NCBI GenBank assembly: GCA_013239625.1
Contig: MU054187.1
Coordinates: 10,127,231 to 10,191,230 of the forward strand
Origin: Lama guanicoe
Lineage: Eukaryota
Direction of reading: 5' to 3'
Length of the DNA: 64,000 nt
Positions 1-13,559 of this stretch are shown in pieces; within the stretch, counting starts at the first letter, position 1; each line of letters begins with the position of its first letter. The translations under genes and the position numbers were made by a program. The notes under the pieces are model-generated. The model searched no databases, was not told where the DNA came from, and was given only the letters and a program-made list of their open reading frames with translations.

Positions 1-1019
1 TGTATTAGCGTGTGTTGTTATGAGTTGACCAAGTTTGGCAAGAAAACTTGAAAACTCTCTCTCTCTGGGAAGAATCAAGTTTGTTCCAATGAAAACAGGA
101 GCTGTTGGCAGTCGTGAAACCCGGATGTGTTTACACTTGTAACACAATCTTGTATTAATCATGGTTCAGCCTACCAGGTTCTCTGAAAATGAAGAGGCCC
201 TGTTTATACATATATTCAAATAATTTGTGTCTGACTGGGCAACTCTTTCCTTCTTCCCACAGTGTTCTAAGATTACACAAATGTGCAGAATAGTACTCTT
301 GATATCAGATATTTTTCTCCTGGTAGGTCACTCATGAGTCATCATCAGAGATTTTACAGGGTTGTCCTCACAGACGATTCTCCAGGTAGGGAGTTGAAAG
401 CAGCAGAGCAAGTCATGCTCTGAAGAAATTTCAAAGTGGCAAAATCTGTTTGAGTAATCAAGTAAAATCAAGGAAATCATTTGGCATTTACTTTGAGTAC
501 CTTGATTATAACTGAAAAGGATATGCTGTTTATTTATGGAGCACTTTCCCCCAAAGACTTTAAATCACTAAACTACTACATTCTCTCTTAGAAGACAAGT
601 AGGAAGAGACATTTTGGTCAAGTTTATCCTATCTGATGATGAGAGAGAAGGGTCTCTCATTCCTTCTTTTTCTTTTCCCATTTTTAGACTCCAAGTTCCA
701 AACTGGTGAAAGGATGAGCCCTAAGGCCAGAGCTGGGGTGACAAATAAGGGGAGTTTCTCATTGTTTTAAGCCAGGTGTCACCTGGGGGCTCCCTGTCTC
801 TTGAGGTCTAGGTAAGATGAAATCACGTCCCCAGTTCCAAGGCTTGTGTCTGCTTTCCCGAAGTACCTAGGCAGTTTACGGTCTCAAAGTCACCTCTGGC
901 TCCAAATTTTTATTTACTTACTTTACGGATTGATTCAGTGTCTCACATGTTTGGTTCCGTTCAGCGAAGCATTGACTCAGATGATGTCACATTCAGGCTT
1001 TTCCTCAGTTTTCACTTTT

Positions 1020-1044
1020 CACACACACACACACACACACACAC
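1020..1044 (+). repeat. (CA)12 microsatellite
   Basis: Uninterrupted CA run. Confidence 0.95.
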
Positions 1045-1819
1045 TCCCACAAGGTGGTTTGCAGGGTGAGTGGACTTCATCGAAGATTTAAGAAAGAGAG
1101 ATGGAAACAGAGAATTCCAAGGGAATTTGTACTCTCTCTCAGCCTCTCTACCTCACCTGGTACCCCAGTTTCATGTCATTGTCAGCTCGGCTCCTCCTTC
1201 CATTCTGAGGCCAAATTCCTCGTGCTGTGTCGGGCAGAACCAGGAAGCCATTTCTCTGATGCCTCAGCACCTTTCCACAGTCCTCAGGTGCTTACCTCCT
1301 CCAAATTGTTCATCAAAGTGTTTCCGAAGAATTTTGGTGCCAGCTGTTCAGAAAATAAAAATGTCAACCCTTTATGATTTATTTTTAAATTCCAGTGTTT
1401 TCGGCTGTGAGAAGACTAGTATTTCTTCTATTCCACAAGTAGAAGAAATTTTGCGTGCTTATTTTATGCCAGGCATTATTCCCGGAGCTGGGGACCTAGC
1501 AGTCCTATTACAGAGTTTCAGTCTCCTGGGGGAGAAATGTTTTAAACAAATAAATATGTGAATAATTTATTAACAGCTATGGTAAATATCACAGAGGAGG
1601 ATTTCTGGGTGTTATCTGGAAGGGCGTGGCAGTGGCAGAAAAGGGTGAAGGGTAAGGAGTGAGGGAAAGTTTTTTTTTCCCCGACGCATTTAATCTGCCC
1701 AGGATTAGAAAAGGCTGGTTGACTCCTAGGCCGATGTTCTCTTGTTGGCAATTGCTGCCTCTGAAGAGACAATTAAAATAAGAATGACAACATCTGTTGA
1801 GTTTCTGTCCTGAATTAAC

Positions 1820-2240
1820 TAATTAATTCAACGAACACTTACTGAGGGGCTTTGATGTGCCGGGTACAGTGCTAAGAGTACAAAGAGGTGGCTGGTGGGT
1901 GGTTAGGAAAGGCCTTCTTGGGTGAAGAGTCCTGGATGGTGAGGAGCTTGCTGAAGACTGTTTCTAGCTAAAGGAAAAGTGTATTCAAAGGTCCTGAGGC
2001 AGAATCAACACCGTTGGCTTCTTTGATCATAGAGAAAGGTAAGTGGGACAAAAGTAAGTGAGAGGAGAAAGGGGAGGAGGTTCTTGGTGTGGAGCCAGGG
2101 TCCTGCTTAGGGAGGGTTTTGCAGGTCATGGGAGGAGTTAGAGTCTTTTTCTCAAGACAAAAATGAAGTGATCAGGAGAAGAGTAACTTATCTGATTTAT
2201 GTTCTGGAAGATCACTCTGGGTGCAGGATGGAGAAGAGAT
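1820..2240 (-). mobile_element. LINE-2 3' fragment
   Basis: attcaacgaacacttactgag...tgtgccgggtacagtgctaag start and a purine-rich body typical of the L2 3' end in reverse. Confidence 0.55.
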
Positions 2241-2305
2241 TATCACAGTGTTTTATAATGAACAACCTAAACATCTCTTGATGCAGAATTGGTTAAATAT
2301 ATAAT

Positions 2306-2955
2306 AGTATGGAGGTTTCTCAAAAAACTAAAAATAGAACTACCATATGATCCAGCAATTCTACTTCTGGATCTGAAGTCAATGAAAACACTAATTTGAA
2401 AAGATGCATACACCATTATGTTGTTAGCAGCATTATTTACAATAGCCAAGATATGGAAGCAAGCTAAGTGTCTATTGACAGATGAATGGGTGAAGAAGAT
2501 GTGGCGTATACATACAATGGAATGCTACTCAGCCACAAAAAGAATGAAATTCTGACATTTGCAACAACATGGATGGACTTAGAGGGTATTATGCTTAGTA
2601 AAATACAAATACTTATAGTCTTAGAGAAAGACAAATACTGCATGTTATCACTTATATATGGAATCTAAAAAATAAAACAAAAACTAATGAATGTAACAAA
2701 ACAGAAACAGACTCACAGATATAGAGAACAAACCAGTGGTTACCAGTGGGGAGAGGGACAGGTTAAGGAATTAAGAGATACAAACTATTATGCATAAAAT
2801 AAATAAGCAACAAGGACATATTGCGCAGCACAGGGAGTATAGCCATTATTTTATAATAAATTTAAATGGCATTTAATCTATAAAATATTAAATTATAATG
2901 TTGTATACCTGAAACCAATATAATACTGTAAATCAACTATAGTTTAATTACAAAA
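2306..2955 (+). mobile_element. L1 3' end (ORF2 terminus + 3' UTR, L1MA-like), nested in an older L1M remnant
   Basis: gtatggaggtttctcaaaaaactaaaaatagaactaccatatgatccagcaatt; ORF 2486..2668 ends with ...TFATTWMDLEGIMLS, the L1 ORF2 C-terminus. Confidence 0.9.
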
Positions 2956-4207
2956 TTTTTTGAATGGTCTGTACATTGACATGGAAAGATGTTCCCATTG
3001 TAGTAATGGGGAAAAAAATCAAGATACAATATAGTAAATGTATTGAGCTTTAATTAATCTGAAAGGACACAAACAAAAATGTTTATATTGTTTGTCTCTG
3101 GGTGGTGGCAATATAGAATTTGTTTTCTTCTTTTTTGATTACCATTTTTTTTTAGTTTTTCACTTTATTAGTGAGTAATAAAAGGGGCATATAAAAATAA
3201 GTTCATGAGCTGTAAGATTAGAATATAACCTGACAGAGAAAACACTGAAATATACTAATGTAGCATTTTCATTTACCAAGAATTATATTTATAACTTACT
3301 TCAAAACATGAATACTTCACAGCACAAGGATTTCAAATGTTGTTTCATAAAATTTGTAATAGAAGACTGAAAGTGTGCTCACATTAGATGGTATTCCGTA
3401 AAATTAAAGTTCATAGTATTTGTCTTTTCCATGCATGTATCATTGACTTTGATCATAGATTTTCTCAAACCCAATATGAAATTCTTTCCCACTTGAGTGC
3501 TGACTTTTGGGAGTACTTCTGACTGTGTTGCGTTGCTTCGTTTTTTGAATTGGAATTAGAAAATATTTCTATTTCCATGTAAAAGTTCCAAGAAAAACAA
3601 TTTGAAGAATAGGAAACTAAGTCTCAATGGGATGAATCTGAGCTCCTTCCTGAGAATTTTTATGAGTTGTTCGCCTGGTTTTGCTCTGAAAACATTGCAT
3701 CATTTCAGACTTCCGCTTAATTCTTTCTGTTCAAGGTGTTTGCCATTGGGTGGAGTTTTAAGTCCCTCAGATCTTAGCTGTTCAACAACAGTAGCACATC
3801 AGACCAAATGCCAATGGGTCAGCACTTATGATTTTCTAACAGTAGCCGTGTGGTTAAGTGCCCTACATGCCTGGTCTTTTTGACCTCCCTTTGTTGATTC
3901 CAAAGGGATCCTCTGAATGTTAAATTTCATGTCAAGTTTTACAACAGTAGGTTGCGGCAAATGTCATCAGGTTTTTGACTTGGATGCTTGCAGAAACCGA
4001 AGGGTTTTTTTCCCCTTGTTGTCCATTGCTGTCTTTTTGAAATGATTTTCAGTCACTGTGGTATAAAATAACATGGCCTTCCTAGATTCTCTGATAATCC
4101 GTGTCCATAACAATTTTAAGTAAACTGTGTAGAAGATTTACACCTTACTAATCATGTAGTAAGGAAAAGTGTGGATGAAAAGCTGTTTTTAAAGCTAGGC
4201 AGCTCTA

Positions 4208-4347
4208 GGGGGAAAGGGTACAGTTCAGTGGTAGAGCACGTGCCTGGCATGCAAGAGGTCCTGGGTTCAATCCCCAGTATCTCCATTAAAATAAATAAAT
4301 AAATCTCCCCCCAAAACAAAACACAAATCAGAAAAAAAAAAAAGAAA
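4208..4347 (+). mobile_element. tRNA-Ala-derived camelid SINE (Vic-1-like), long-tail type
   Basis: A-box/B-box head (cagtggtagagc...ggttcaatcccc), A-rich tail, perfect 17-bp TSD aaagctaggcagctcta at 4191-4207 and 4348-4364, and a TTTT/AA target site. Confidence 0.9.
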
Positions 4348-4663
4348 AAAGCTAGGCAGCTCTAATACTCCCAGATGCAGTAGCCACAGAGACACCCCTC
4401 CTCCAGGCCAAGGTGTGGGCAAGGAGAGGCCCTTGGTGCCTGTCTCTGTGGAGAAAAGTTTTTTTACAATACAACTACTGCTATATTACAATTTGTTTAT
4501 ATAGGCTGTCAAACTCTTTGAAGACAGCTGGTTCCTTTTTATTTTTTTTTGGCAAAACCATGTGCTATTGGTAGAGCAATGCATTTCAGATCATATGATG
4601 CTAAGGATGAGGTCCATTTATGGAAATAAAGAGGAGAGGACAATGAATGAATGAATGAATGCA

Positions 4664-4769
4664 TTTTTAAATGTTATTTTATTGAATTATAGTCAGTTTA
4701 CAATGTTGTGTCAATTTCCAGTGTAGAGCACAATTTTTCAGTCATATATGAACATACATGTATTCATTG
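4664..4769 (-). mobile_element. Short 5'-truncated lineage-specific L1 3' end
   Basis: Shares gtgtagagcacaatttttcagt with the L1 3' UTR at 26500-26600; near-TSD gaggacaatgaat / gaggataatgaat. Confidence 0.8.
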
Positions 4770-6626
4770 GAGGATAATGAATTTAGACAGTAAAGGCCAA
4801 GGAAAACTTTACAAAGATGTGGCCTTTGATCTAAGTCTTATTTAAAAAAAAAAAAAAAAGCAAAAACCAAAACCAAAACCAACTACTAGAATCTACCAGA
4901 ATGGTCCTTCAAAAATCTGCTTAGGAGATTACATTTTCATTCCAGTGGCTGGGCTGGAAATCAAAATATTTTAGAAATTGCCTCTTAATCCTGTTTCTGA
5001 GTCCCACAATAACCAATCCCATTTCATTTCATTGGAGTCACACTCTTGTGTTTTCAGTTAGTTGCCCTCTCTTCAGCTCCAGAAGATAACATTTCTGCCT
5101 TCAGAGGAGTCATGCTTGTCTGGAGCCTGGGACAATCTGGCCTCTCTTCCCATTTCTTTGTGACTTGCAGAGAGACAGAGAAAGGAGGGAAGTTTCTGAG
5201 AATTTGCAGACCTTTATCTAAGCTTTTCTTGTCTATCGTGGAGCCTAGACCACCTGCAGATGTTCAGAAACAGTTGTTGCTGTGAAGGAGGCAGGCAGAT
5301 CTTAAGTGGAACTATTTAGTCTCAGATCAAATAAGTTCTGGATCTTTAGTAACATATAAATGGAGACTTCAGCCATTTCCACTAAACTTTGCTGCATTTA
5401 AAAGACAGAAGAAAGAGGATCTGCTGTTATTTTGGGTACAATTAAAACAAGCTAGTCTTCTGGGTGAAGTCCTTGTTGAAATCAGGAAACCTTTGATGGA
5501 ACATCAGCCTCCCAGCCTTGTTGGATGCTGCACATCTTACCATGCCCTCAGGGATGGGAAAGCACCCCCCCCCATTTCTGACTACTAATCCATAAAGGCC
5601 AATCAAAGATAAAGGGCACATCTAACATAATTTGGAAGTACGCTTCAATTTCATGTACTGTCCAGTTAAAGGAGCATGGAAAAGAGGTGGTAGGGAAAAT
5701 AGAACTGGAAAGATGGAAGAGGAAGAAAAAATAAACAACTGGGTAAAGACAGTAGGAAGGATGAATTGGACAGTGGAGGCAGAGAAGAGAGAGAAACTAT
5801 AGAAAATGCGGGAAGCCCAGGCTCCCACCAAGGATGCTACACTCTTATCACTGCTTTGAAAAGTAATTTATGCAGGACCTTCAAGTTTCCTTATGCTATT
5901 CTGAATGGGATTCCAATAGAAACGTACAATGAGGGAAATTTATTTCCTGGGATGTGGATAGCGTTTGTTAAACTGGGTTTTGGAACCCCATATTCTACAG
6001 GAAGTTGGGTCCCTGGGTCAAATTTGATGATTTCCATTTGATGATAATCTGAAATGTTAACATAAGCATATTACTAATTGCTAGGATGACCACTGTATGA
6101 CAGAATACTGTCTCATCATTTCATGGGAGTGTTTACTTTTATATTTTCTACTGGGTAGGTGTAAAATAGCGCTGGGTTACTCTAATTCTCAGGGGCTAAT
6201 GATAAAAGAGTAGTGGTTGACTTAATAACTGATGTATTTGTTCCAAGTAGAGTCCAAATGAGTCACTCTGTGCCTGTAACAAGAATGGTATTTGGATAGA
6301 GAAGAGCAATGGGAGAATAGAGTGACCTCTGAAGGAAGACACATTTAGACAGTAGGGGCACAAGCAACTCAAGAGAGCCCATCTTAGACGTGGGTACCAC
6401 CGTCTCATGGCAAATGGCAATATGGTTTCAGCAAAAGGGCATGATTCATCACATTAATGTTGTTAATTTGAGTTTTATGCGTTTTTCTGTTTTGTTTAAA
6501 TCTGATTTCTAAATTTATTGTGGATTTAAAATTTTAAAAAGGCCATAAGCATGAGATGTTTAAATAATAATAATAATAAAATAGTAAATGCAAATTAGGA
6601 CAAGTCTATGAGTCTGTAGGATTCTT

Positions 6627-6807
6627 TTTTTAATTTGATTTTTCTTGGATTCATTTTATTGAAATATAGTTGATTTACAATGCTGTGTTAGTTTCAGGTG
6701 TACAACAAAGTGACTCAATTATACATATACATATATTCTTTTTCAGATTCTTTTCCATTATAGGTTATTACAAGATATTGAATATAGTTCCCTGCACTAT
6801 ACATTGG
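6627..6807 (-). mobile_element. Short L1 3' end
   Basis: attgaaatatagttgatttacaatg...gttccctgcactatac; TSD aggattctt at 6618-6626 and 6808-6816. Confidence 0.85.
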
Positions 6808-7570
6808 AGGATTCTTAATATTTAAAAAGGGGTCTATTCATTATCAAATTTGAGAAACACTGCTCTAAATTGCAGTGGAAGATCAATATTACCCCAGTGG
6901 CTAAATAATATCAAATTATGGACCAATACTATTAAACTAGAAAGTTCTGTGAAAATGGAATCATGTTTGACTATTGGCTTTTAATATTACTTCATAGGTG
7001 TTTTGTATTGATTTCCAATGGCTATTTTGGGGCAATGAGTCTTAATATCTTTGATTTAATTTTTTTCCTTCTAGCAGTTCTGAAAACAAATTGTTAGTGA
7101 TAAAAAGTGTTGACCATTTAAAACGTCTATTCATTCTCTCAATAGTTTTTATCAAATGGAGAGTATTGCCAGGGAAATTAGTTATGGAAATTTATACATA
7201 CTTACCTATAAATATTAAATACATATTCATATTATGTTTATATATGTATATAAAGTAAATAAATATATATGTATATTATATATAAATTTATTATAGAATG
7301 ATCAATAGAGAGACATAGATAGATAAAACATGGTTATTGGCTTTGAGAAGCTCAAAATTTAGTGGGAAAATAAATGTGAAAACATATAATTACAAAGCAA
7401 TAGAAATGATTGCTATAATAGATATGTGAATTGAAGCAAAGAAGAGAGAAAAACCAGCTTTGCCTGCAAGTGGAAAAGGAGAAATTTTCTTGTATTAGGG
7501 CTTATCACTACTCTTACCTGCATTATAAATCACAATTTCCACATTCGAGGGTAAGAGAACACCTGTGTAG

Positions 7571-7695
7571 GTTTTTTTTTAGCTTTATTGAGGTATTATT
7601 GACATATATGTAAGTTTAAGGTGTACAACATGATGAATTGATGCACATATATATTGTGAAATGATTACTGTGATAAAGTTTGTTAACACCTTCAT
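7571..7695 (-). mobile_element. Short L1MA-like 3' end
   Basis: Poly-T followed by agctttattgaggta...aaggtgtacaacatgatg; TSD cctgtgtag on both sides. Confidence 0.75.
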
Positions 7696-10600
7696 CCTGT
7701 GTAGAATTTTAAAAATGTACCTCATTAAGCAAACAGACCTGCAATAAAAAGTGTTGAGAGTATGAGGCAAGAATTGGCTCCCATGATAACAGTTGCATAA
7801 AGTACCAAGGAAATGTTGCAATGGCTCCTATTGTGTAAACTATAACTTAATCGTATGATGGCGTGTGGAAATAGGATATAGGGGATGGTATGTTGCACTG
7901 GATATATGCATCACTTCATTCGTGCATTTGAAAAACTGTACCTTCTATAGACAAGATATTGCATAGGTACTAATGAGAAAACAAAGATTAATAAGGCATT
8001 TTCATGCTTCAAAGAGATTATAATCTAGTAAGGGAGGTAAATTTTACCTAAGTGACGACAATCCAGGGTGGTTTGTGCTAATTGTTCTGAGAAGCATGTA
8101 ACCAAAATATGAAAACGGTCAGAGAAAATATTTGGTTTGGGTAGATGGCTTCTCAGGAGAACATGGATTTGAGCTAGGTCGTATGGGATAGGTAGAATTT
8201 TGTAGGTGGCTGTCACGGAGAGAGGGTGAGTGTCCCAACAGTAAGAATCCTTTGAATCATATGAGCACGTTTGTTGAGGTGGGAAAGGAGAACTCATCTT
8301 TCAGGAGCACTCTGGCTGAGTTTGAGTATAAAACACACGTAGCAGAGATGTGAGAGAGAATTTTCAAAAGATTAATTATCAACAAGTCATAGGTGGCCTG
8401 TGGAATCTCAGGAAAAACAATTCTACATTTTTTGAGGGCTTATAATACCACAAGAACTGGGAATTCAAAGATGAATGAAGTGAAGCCTACGCCCTCGGGT
8501 TCTCAGAGGCACAACATGTGATGCCTCGGGGATAGCATTGTGTGCTGATTACAAGAGGGGAGGGTACATGCTGTAAGGAAGACTCTCCAAGGATATGGGA
8601 ACAATCACCTCTCACTAGGGGAGTCAGAGAAAATACAAGCGAGGAGATGCTGTCGTAACTGGGTCTTGGTGAATGAGTACAGAAAAAATAAGAACATAAC
8701 ATTTCTCCTGCATACAAAATCCCAGAGACGTGCAAGAGCTGGCTTAGCTGGAGAGCAATGTGTGGTCCTGTGTGACTCAAGGGGAAAGTATTGGGAGTTG
8801 AAGCTGGAAAGGAAGGTTGGGGTCAAAATGAGAAGCACCTCATACGTTGTAGTGAGGAATTTAGACTCAGTCTTCCTGGCCAGTGATTTTCAGTCTTTCA
8901 GGTTGGTGGCGCAGCTTCACGTACTAGAATTTGTAGCAGGACAATGGAAAGAATGAAAGGTCTGGAAACACTAAACAAGCCAGCAGCAACTACAGCACAA
9001 GCAACAGTATGGTACAATTATGGTCTCACAGTGTTTACAAAAGCATCCACCGTTACTGCACCACTCAGTTGATTGACATTCAGGATGTTTCTTTTGGAAT
9101 AGAGCAGTTTACTCCTAGACAGTACGCTCTTGAATACCTGGTGATGTTGTCACAAGTTCCATATGCACTAGATAGTTTCCTTGGTATAGACTTGATGTTG
9201 CTCTAAGCCTCTTCCCTCCTACTCAAGTGGTAGTCTATTTAACACCCCACAAGTTGCTTAGATTGGCGTTCCGTTTAACAGAAATTGCTGTTAAATGTTT
9301 AAATGCCGGCAAAACCAAATTCTACCTTATCGGTCAAAAGGTGATAGGACGTTTGCAAAGCCTGCAAGATATAGGGACAAAATGCTGTGTCCATCCAGAT
9401 GAAAACCCTTGCTGTCGGCAATAGAAAGTCCTGAAAGACTTTTAAACAGGTGGATCCTACAACCAAAATGCTGATATGGGCAGATTAATCAAACTGCCAC
9501 AAGTGCAAAGAGGAGGAAGGAGAATCTGGGCGCTTGGAGACCACTGAAGGCAGAACTAGGATCAGAACTAGGGTTTCGATAGAAAGGGAGACTAGAGGCC
9601 ACTTTATTAAGGAAACAGGGAATCTGGCAATTGGTTGGGTGGGCAGGAGTGTCATGAAGAGGAGCTAAAGATGGTCTGACATTTTATGCCTCTGTGAACA
9701 GAAGAATATTGGTGCCATTAACATAAATAGGATAATCAGGAATAACAGCTATTTAGAATTACATGAGAAATGTGGCTCAGGGTAATTGAGTTTTAAATGG
9801 TAGTTATAAATTAGCCAGGATTAGTGATGTCTTTTAAAATATTCTTACTGTTCTAGCAAATACCTGGAGAAAGTAAATACTCCCGTACAGCAATTCAGTG
9901 TATTTTGGCCTTTTACTCTTAGAATTTCAGAAATAACTCCCTTTAAATGCAATTTTGATTTTAAAAGGTGATTTACCCACAATTCTTGTGGAACCTATTC
10001 ATATAAAAACATTCCCAACCCTTATACACCTTCAGAAGGAATGTTCTGGGGCTGATACCTCTTGGAAAGTGGGAATGGCTCTAGTCACTTGCCAGCCTAG
10101 GGATTCCAGTAGATCTACTTTTCCTGAGAAACATGTCTGTAAGGTTGTTTCTGTGGCCCCTACCTTTCCACCCTGGGGTGGGGTGTGTGCAGATACCGAC
10201 AGTCCTGCGCACAGAAAAGGACCAGCCCCAGCAGGCAACCTTTCAGCAGGGTGGTAACTGGGTGACTCTAATTTTTGAGCCCTATTATATGACCTCTTTC
10301 ACTACAAACGAGGAAGTTAAAACCAACATTCACCTATTAGTTATTTCCCTACTTTGAAAAGGCAGACGCTAAACCCCCAGAATGCCTTACCTGGGTTATC
10401 CCAGTATTACCCAAACCCACAATTTAGTGGACCCAAGCACAAACTTGAGTGACTGGGTGAAAAAGGCTTTTCTTGTGATGCATAAACCAGAATCAGGAGC
10501 TCCAGATTTCCTTGGGGTGCCTGTGATGATGTCTTTGTCAGTGGTCCTCATCTTCTTACCCAGTTTCCCAAGATGGCACAAGGGATCATATCACTGGCAT

Positions 10601-13559
10601 TCACACCGCTGGATCAGTCTGCAGCACAAAACATATCAAAACACACATCCTTGATAGTCTGGAACCATCACCATATTCCCAGTAAGAGCTGTCAAGGGGA
10701 ACCTGCAAGGTGATAGGTATTTGGAGTCTGAAGCAAAGGACCCCGACTTACAGAATAGGGAAGGTGGATGGGGGAGAGTGAATATTGAGAGGGATGAGTT
10801 TCCTTTCTTTTTCCTGACTTATTTTTGTTTTCAACAGCATCCCCTCACCCCCTGTCATCCCCTGCTGAATCCAGAGTTCTCTAAATGAACGATCTAATTA
10901 TTAAAGGCTAGTGGTTCAACACAATTTCATTTTTCCTGGCCCCAAGCTATCAAGAAGGCGTTAGTGGAGTGAGAGTTATAATTGGCACATGAAACTTTAA
11001 AGTAGAAGGCAGCTTGTTGTCGCAGCTTCGCAGTAAAAAGGGCAGGTGTTTGACATTGGCAATGGCCAAAGTAAAGCCCTTACCTTGGTGATTTCTGCAT
11101 TTCTTTCCTCTGTGTGGGTAGTAGCAGCACTGAACTTCTGGGTAAATCTCATGGGGCTAATGTACTCTCCTCTTAGAGTCTCAAGATACAGATCAAGCAT
11201 TCTGGTTTTAGGCACAGTAACGGGGGACAGCGCAGGTGACAAAATTATGAGGATATATTTTACCCTTTTCTCCAAATATTGGGAAACTCATCTCCTCTCT
11301 CTATTCCTGTTGCTTTAACAGTATTTCCGTGGGGTCTGTCTCCCACTTTCAAATGTAGGCTAAAATTAAGGAAAGCAGATTAAGATTGAATAAAATGTCC
11401 AATGTTCTCTAAAGCCATTCCAAACTTTGGAATGTTTTGGCATAACATCTTTTTTTTTTTTTTTAAACTTTCCATCTAGGCTGAGCCCTGGAACCAGGGT
11501 GTGGGGTGAATGGTGCTGCTTGTAGTAAAAACCTGTAGTAAATTACTGTAACCTCCGGGTGACCTCACAGGTCACTGTGCCATCAGGGGCTGAGGGATTG
11601 GATCTGCCTCCTTTGTTTAACAAGGGTCCACTTCCAGCAGGAACTCAGCCCTACCCACGGGCTATCTCAAAAATGAGATGCATATTTCAGCAACATAAAT
11701 CTGATTTCAAATATTAATTAGAGCCTTTGAGTTCACTCTTTAATTTAAATAAAAAAGTTTGACTAATTTTGAGTTGAATAAAATAAGTTATTTCTTCTTT
11801 CCCTACCGCTTGGGCAGGAGGAAGTGTGTGTTTCTTGTGTAGCTCATTAGTGGGGTAACTCTGTCTTCCAACCTGCACACCAACCTGTTGCCTCTGGCTA
11901 GACAGATGTCTATTATTTTATGATATCCTCACTTCTGGGGCTTTCTAACAGCTGCTTCTGTTTGCTACTTTGCATTTTCTCAGTTTCTCTTCATGACCTC
12001 ATAACCAAGTAAAATTCTATTTATTCATTTATTTTTTTTTCCAGCTCATTAATGCCATGCCTCCTGGCTGCAAAAATATGATAAAACCACTGGGGAAAAA
12101 AGTCAATAATTAATGAGAGTTTTATTCCCCCTAGCTTACAACATTGAGAAAAAAAAATCACTCAAAATCTTGAAATGTGAACTTAACCGTCAATCTTTAA
12201 GGACAGAAAACATATACTGCAGACTAGAGAAAGAATGCTTTAAAAATGAATTTAAAAAAATAAATGAATCTAGGAATTGTTAGCAGGATCATGCTGGCCA
12301 AATGTAATTGGCACGAGGAAAGATTCAAAGAGCCCAGTACTGTCACTCTGAGATTCTCCAAGGTCTTCAGAGCCATTAGTCAGTTCAGGAACACTCTCCT
12401 TTGACAATGAAAGAACAGTCTCATTTTGTCTGTACTATTTAAATGGGCCCAGTTTTAGAGGAAAATGAAGCCGTTCTCAGAGCACAGACCTTTACTGAAC
12501 TGGAAATACTTTTATTTATTTGACAAACGTATTTTTGAACATCTCCTATGTGCCATAACGCATGCCCTCATATAATAACATTTTATTTGAGCAAATATTA
12601 TTGAATCACAGATATAAGAGGCCATAAACCTGTCTGGAGAGATGGGGAACCTTCAAGGTCTGTGAAAAATATGGTCTTTTATCCCACTTGGAAGCTAACA
12701 AGCTAGCCTGGTACCGTTTCATGGATGCTGGGGGAGGACATGAGACTCCTAGGATGGACACACATGACTTTATTAATCAGTGCAGTGACCAGCATTGAGT
12801 ATGATGTCGACTCCAGGTCTTCATGTGCCCCAAATCCCCGGGGGCACGCAGGTGGGCCTAGATGGAAGCTTGCACACGCTGTGTGTTGTGTGATAGGAGA
12901 GGAGCGCTGAGCTTTAGGAATTTACCATGTTTACAGTGAGCAGCAAGCAAGATGCTGCATCAGCCCGCAAGATTGCTCTCTGCAAACACAACCCTGAGGA
13001 CTGGGCAGGGAAAAGAGTAGTCAGGGCTTCATGTTCTTGGCATCCCTGGAAGGAAAGTGTAGGATGGATGCTCAGGGCCTGAGATGGAGTAATTCTTGCA
13101 GCAGAAACTTCACTGAGATGATATTTAGGGTGGGATGAATAGACATTTGATGAGGACAAAAAGTACTCATTCTAGTAAGGGGGAAGAGTATTTGCAAAGG
13201 CCCTGAGGCATGAAAGTCAATGAGATGTTTTGGGAACAATGGAGAGTCTTGCATTATTGGGACCCTGTGATAAGTGATAACAGCTGAAAGGTAGGCTGGC
13301 ATCCTCCAGGGCTTTGCATGCCATTGAGATTATGGAGTGTGTGGCTCTGCTGTTTTATTTTAATCTGATTTCAGAGCCTTTTCAAGCACAGGAATGACAT
13401 GATTGAATTTCATTATATATTATCTGGTGAAAATGTGGGGAATAGATTGGAATCAGAGATATATTACATGGGCCTTTTATCAGGTGTCCCTGAAAACACT
13501 TCATTTCTTTTATGTCCTATAAACCCCCTGTCTTGTTTTCACCCTCGTATATAAAAAAA

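Noticed and set aside
1070..1561. 163-aa ORF and overlapping ORFs
   Set aside because: No recognisable protein family, non-ATG start, and it runs into L2-like sequence; consistent with a chance ORF.
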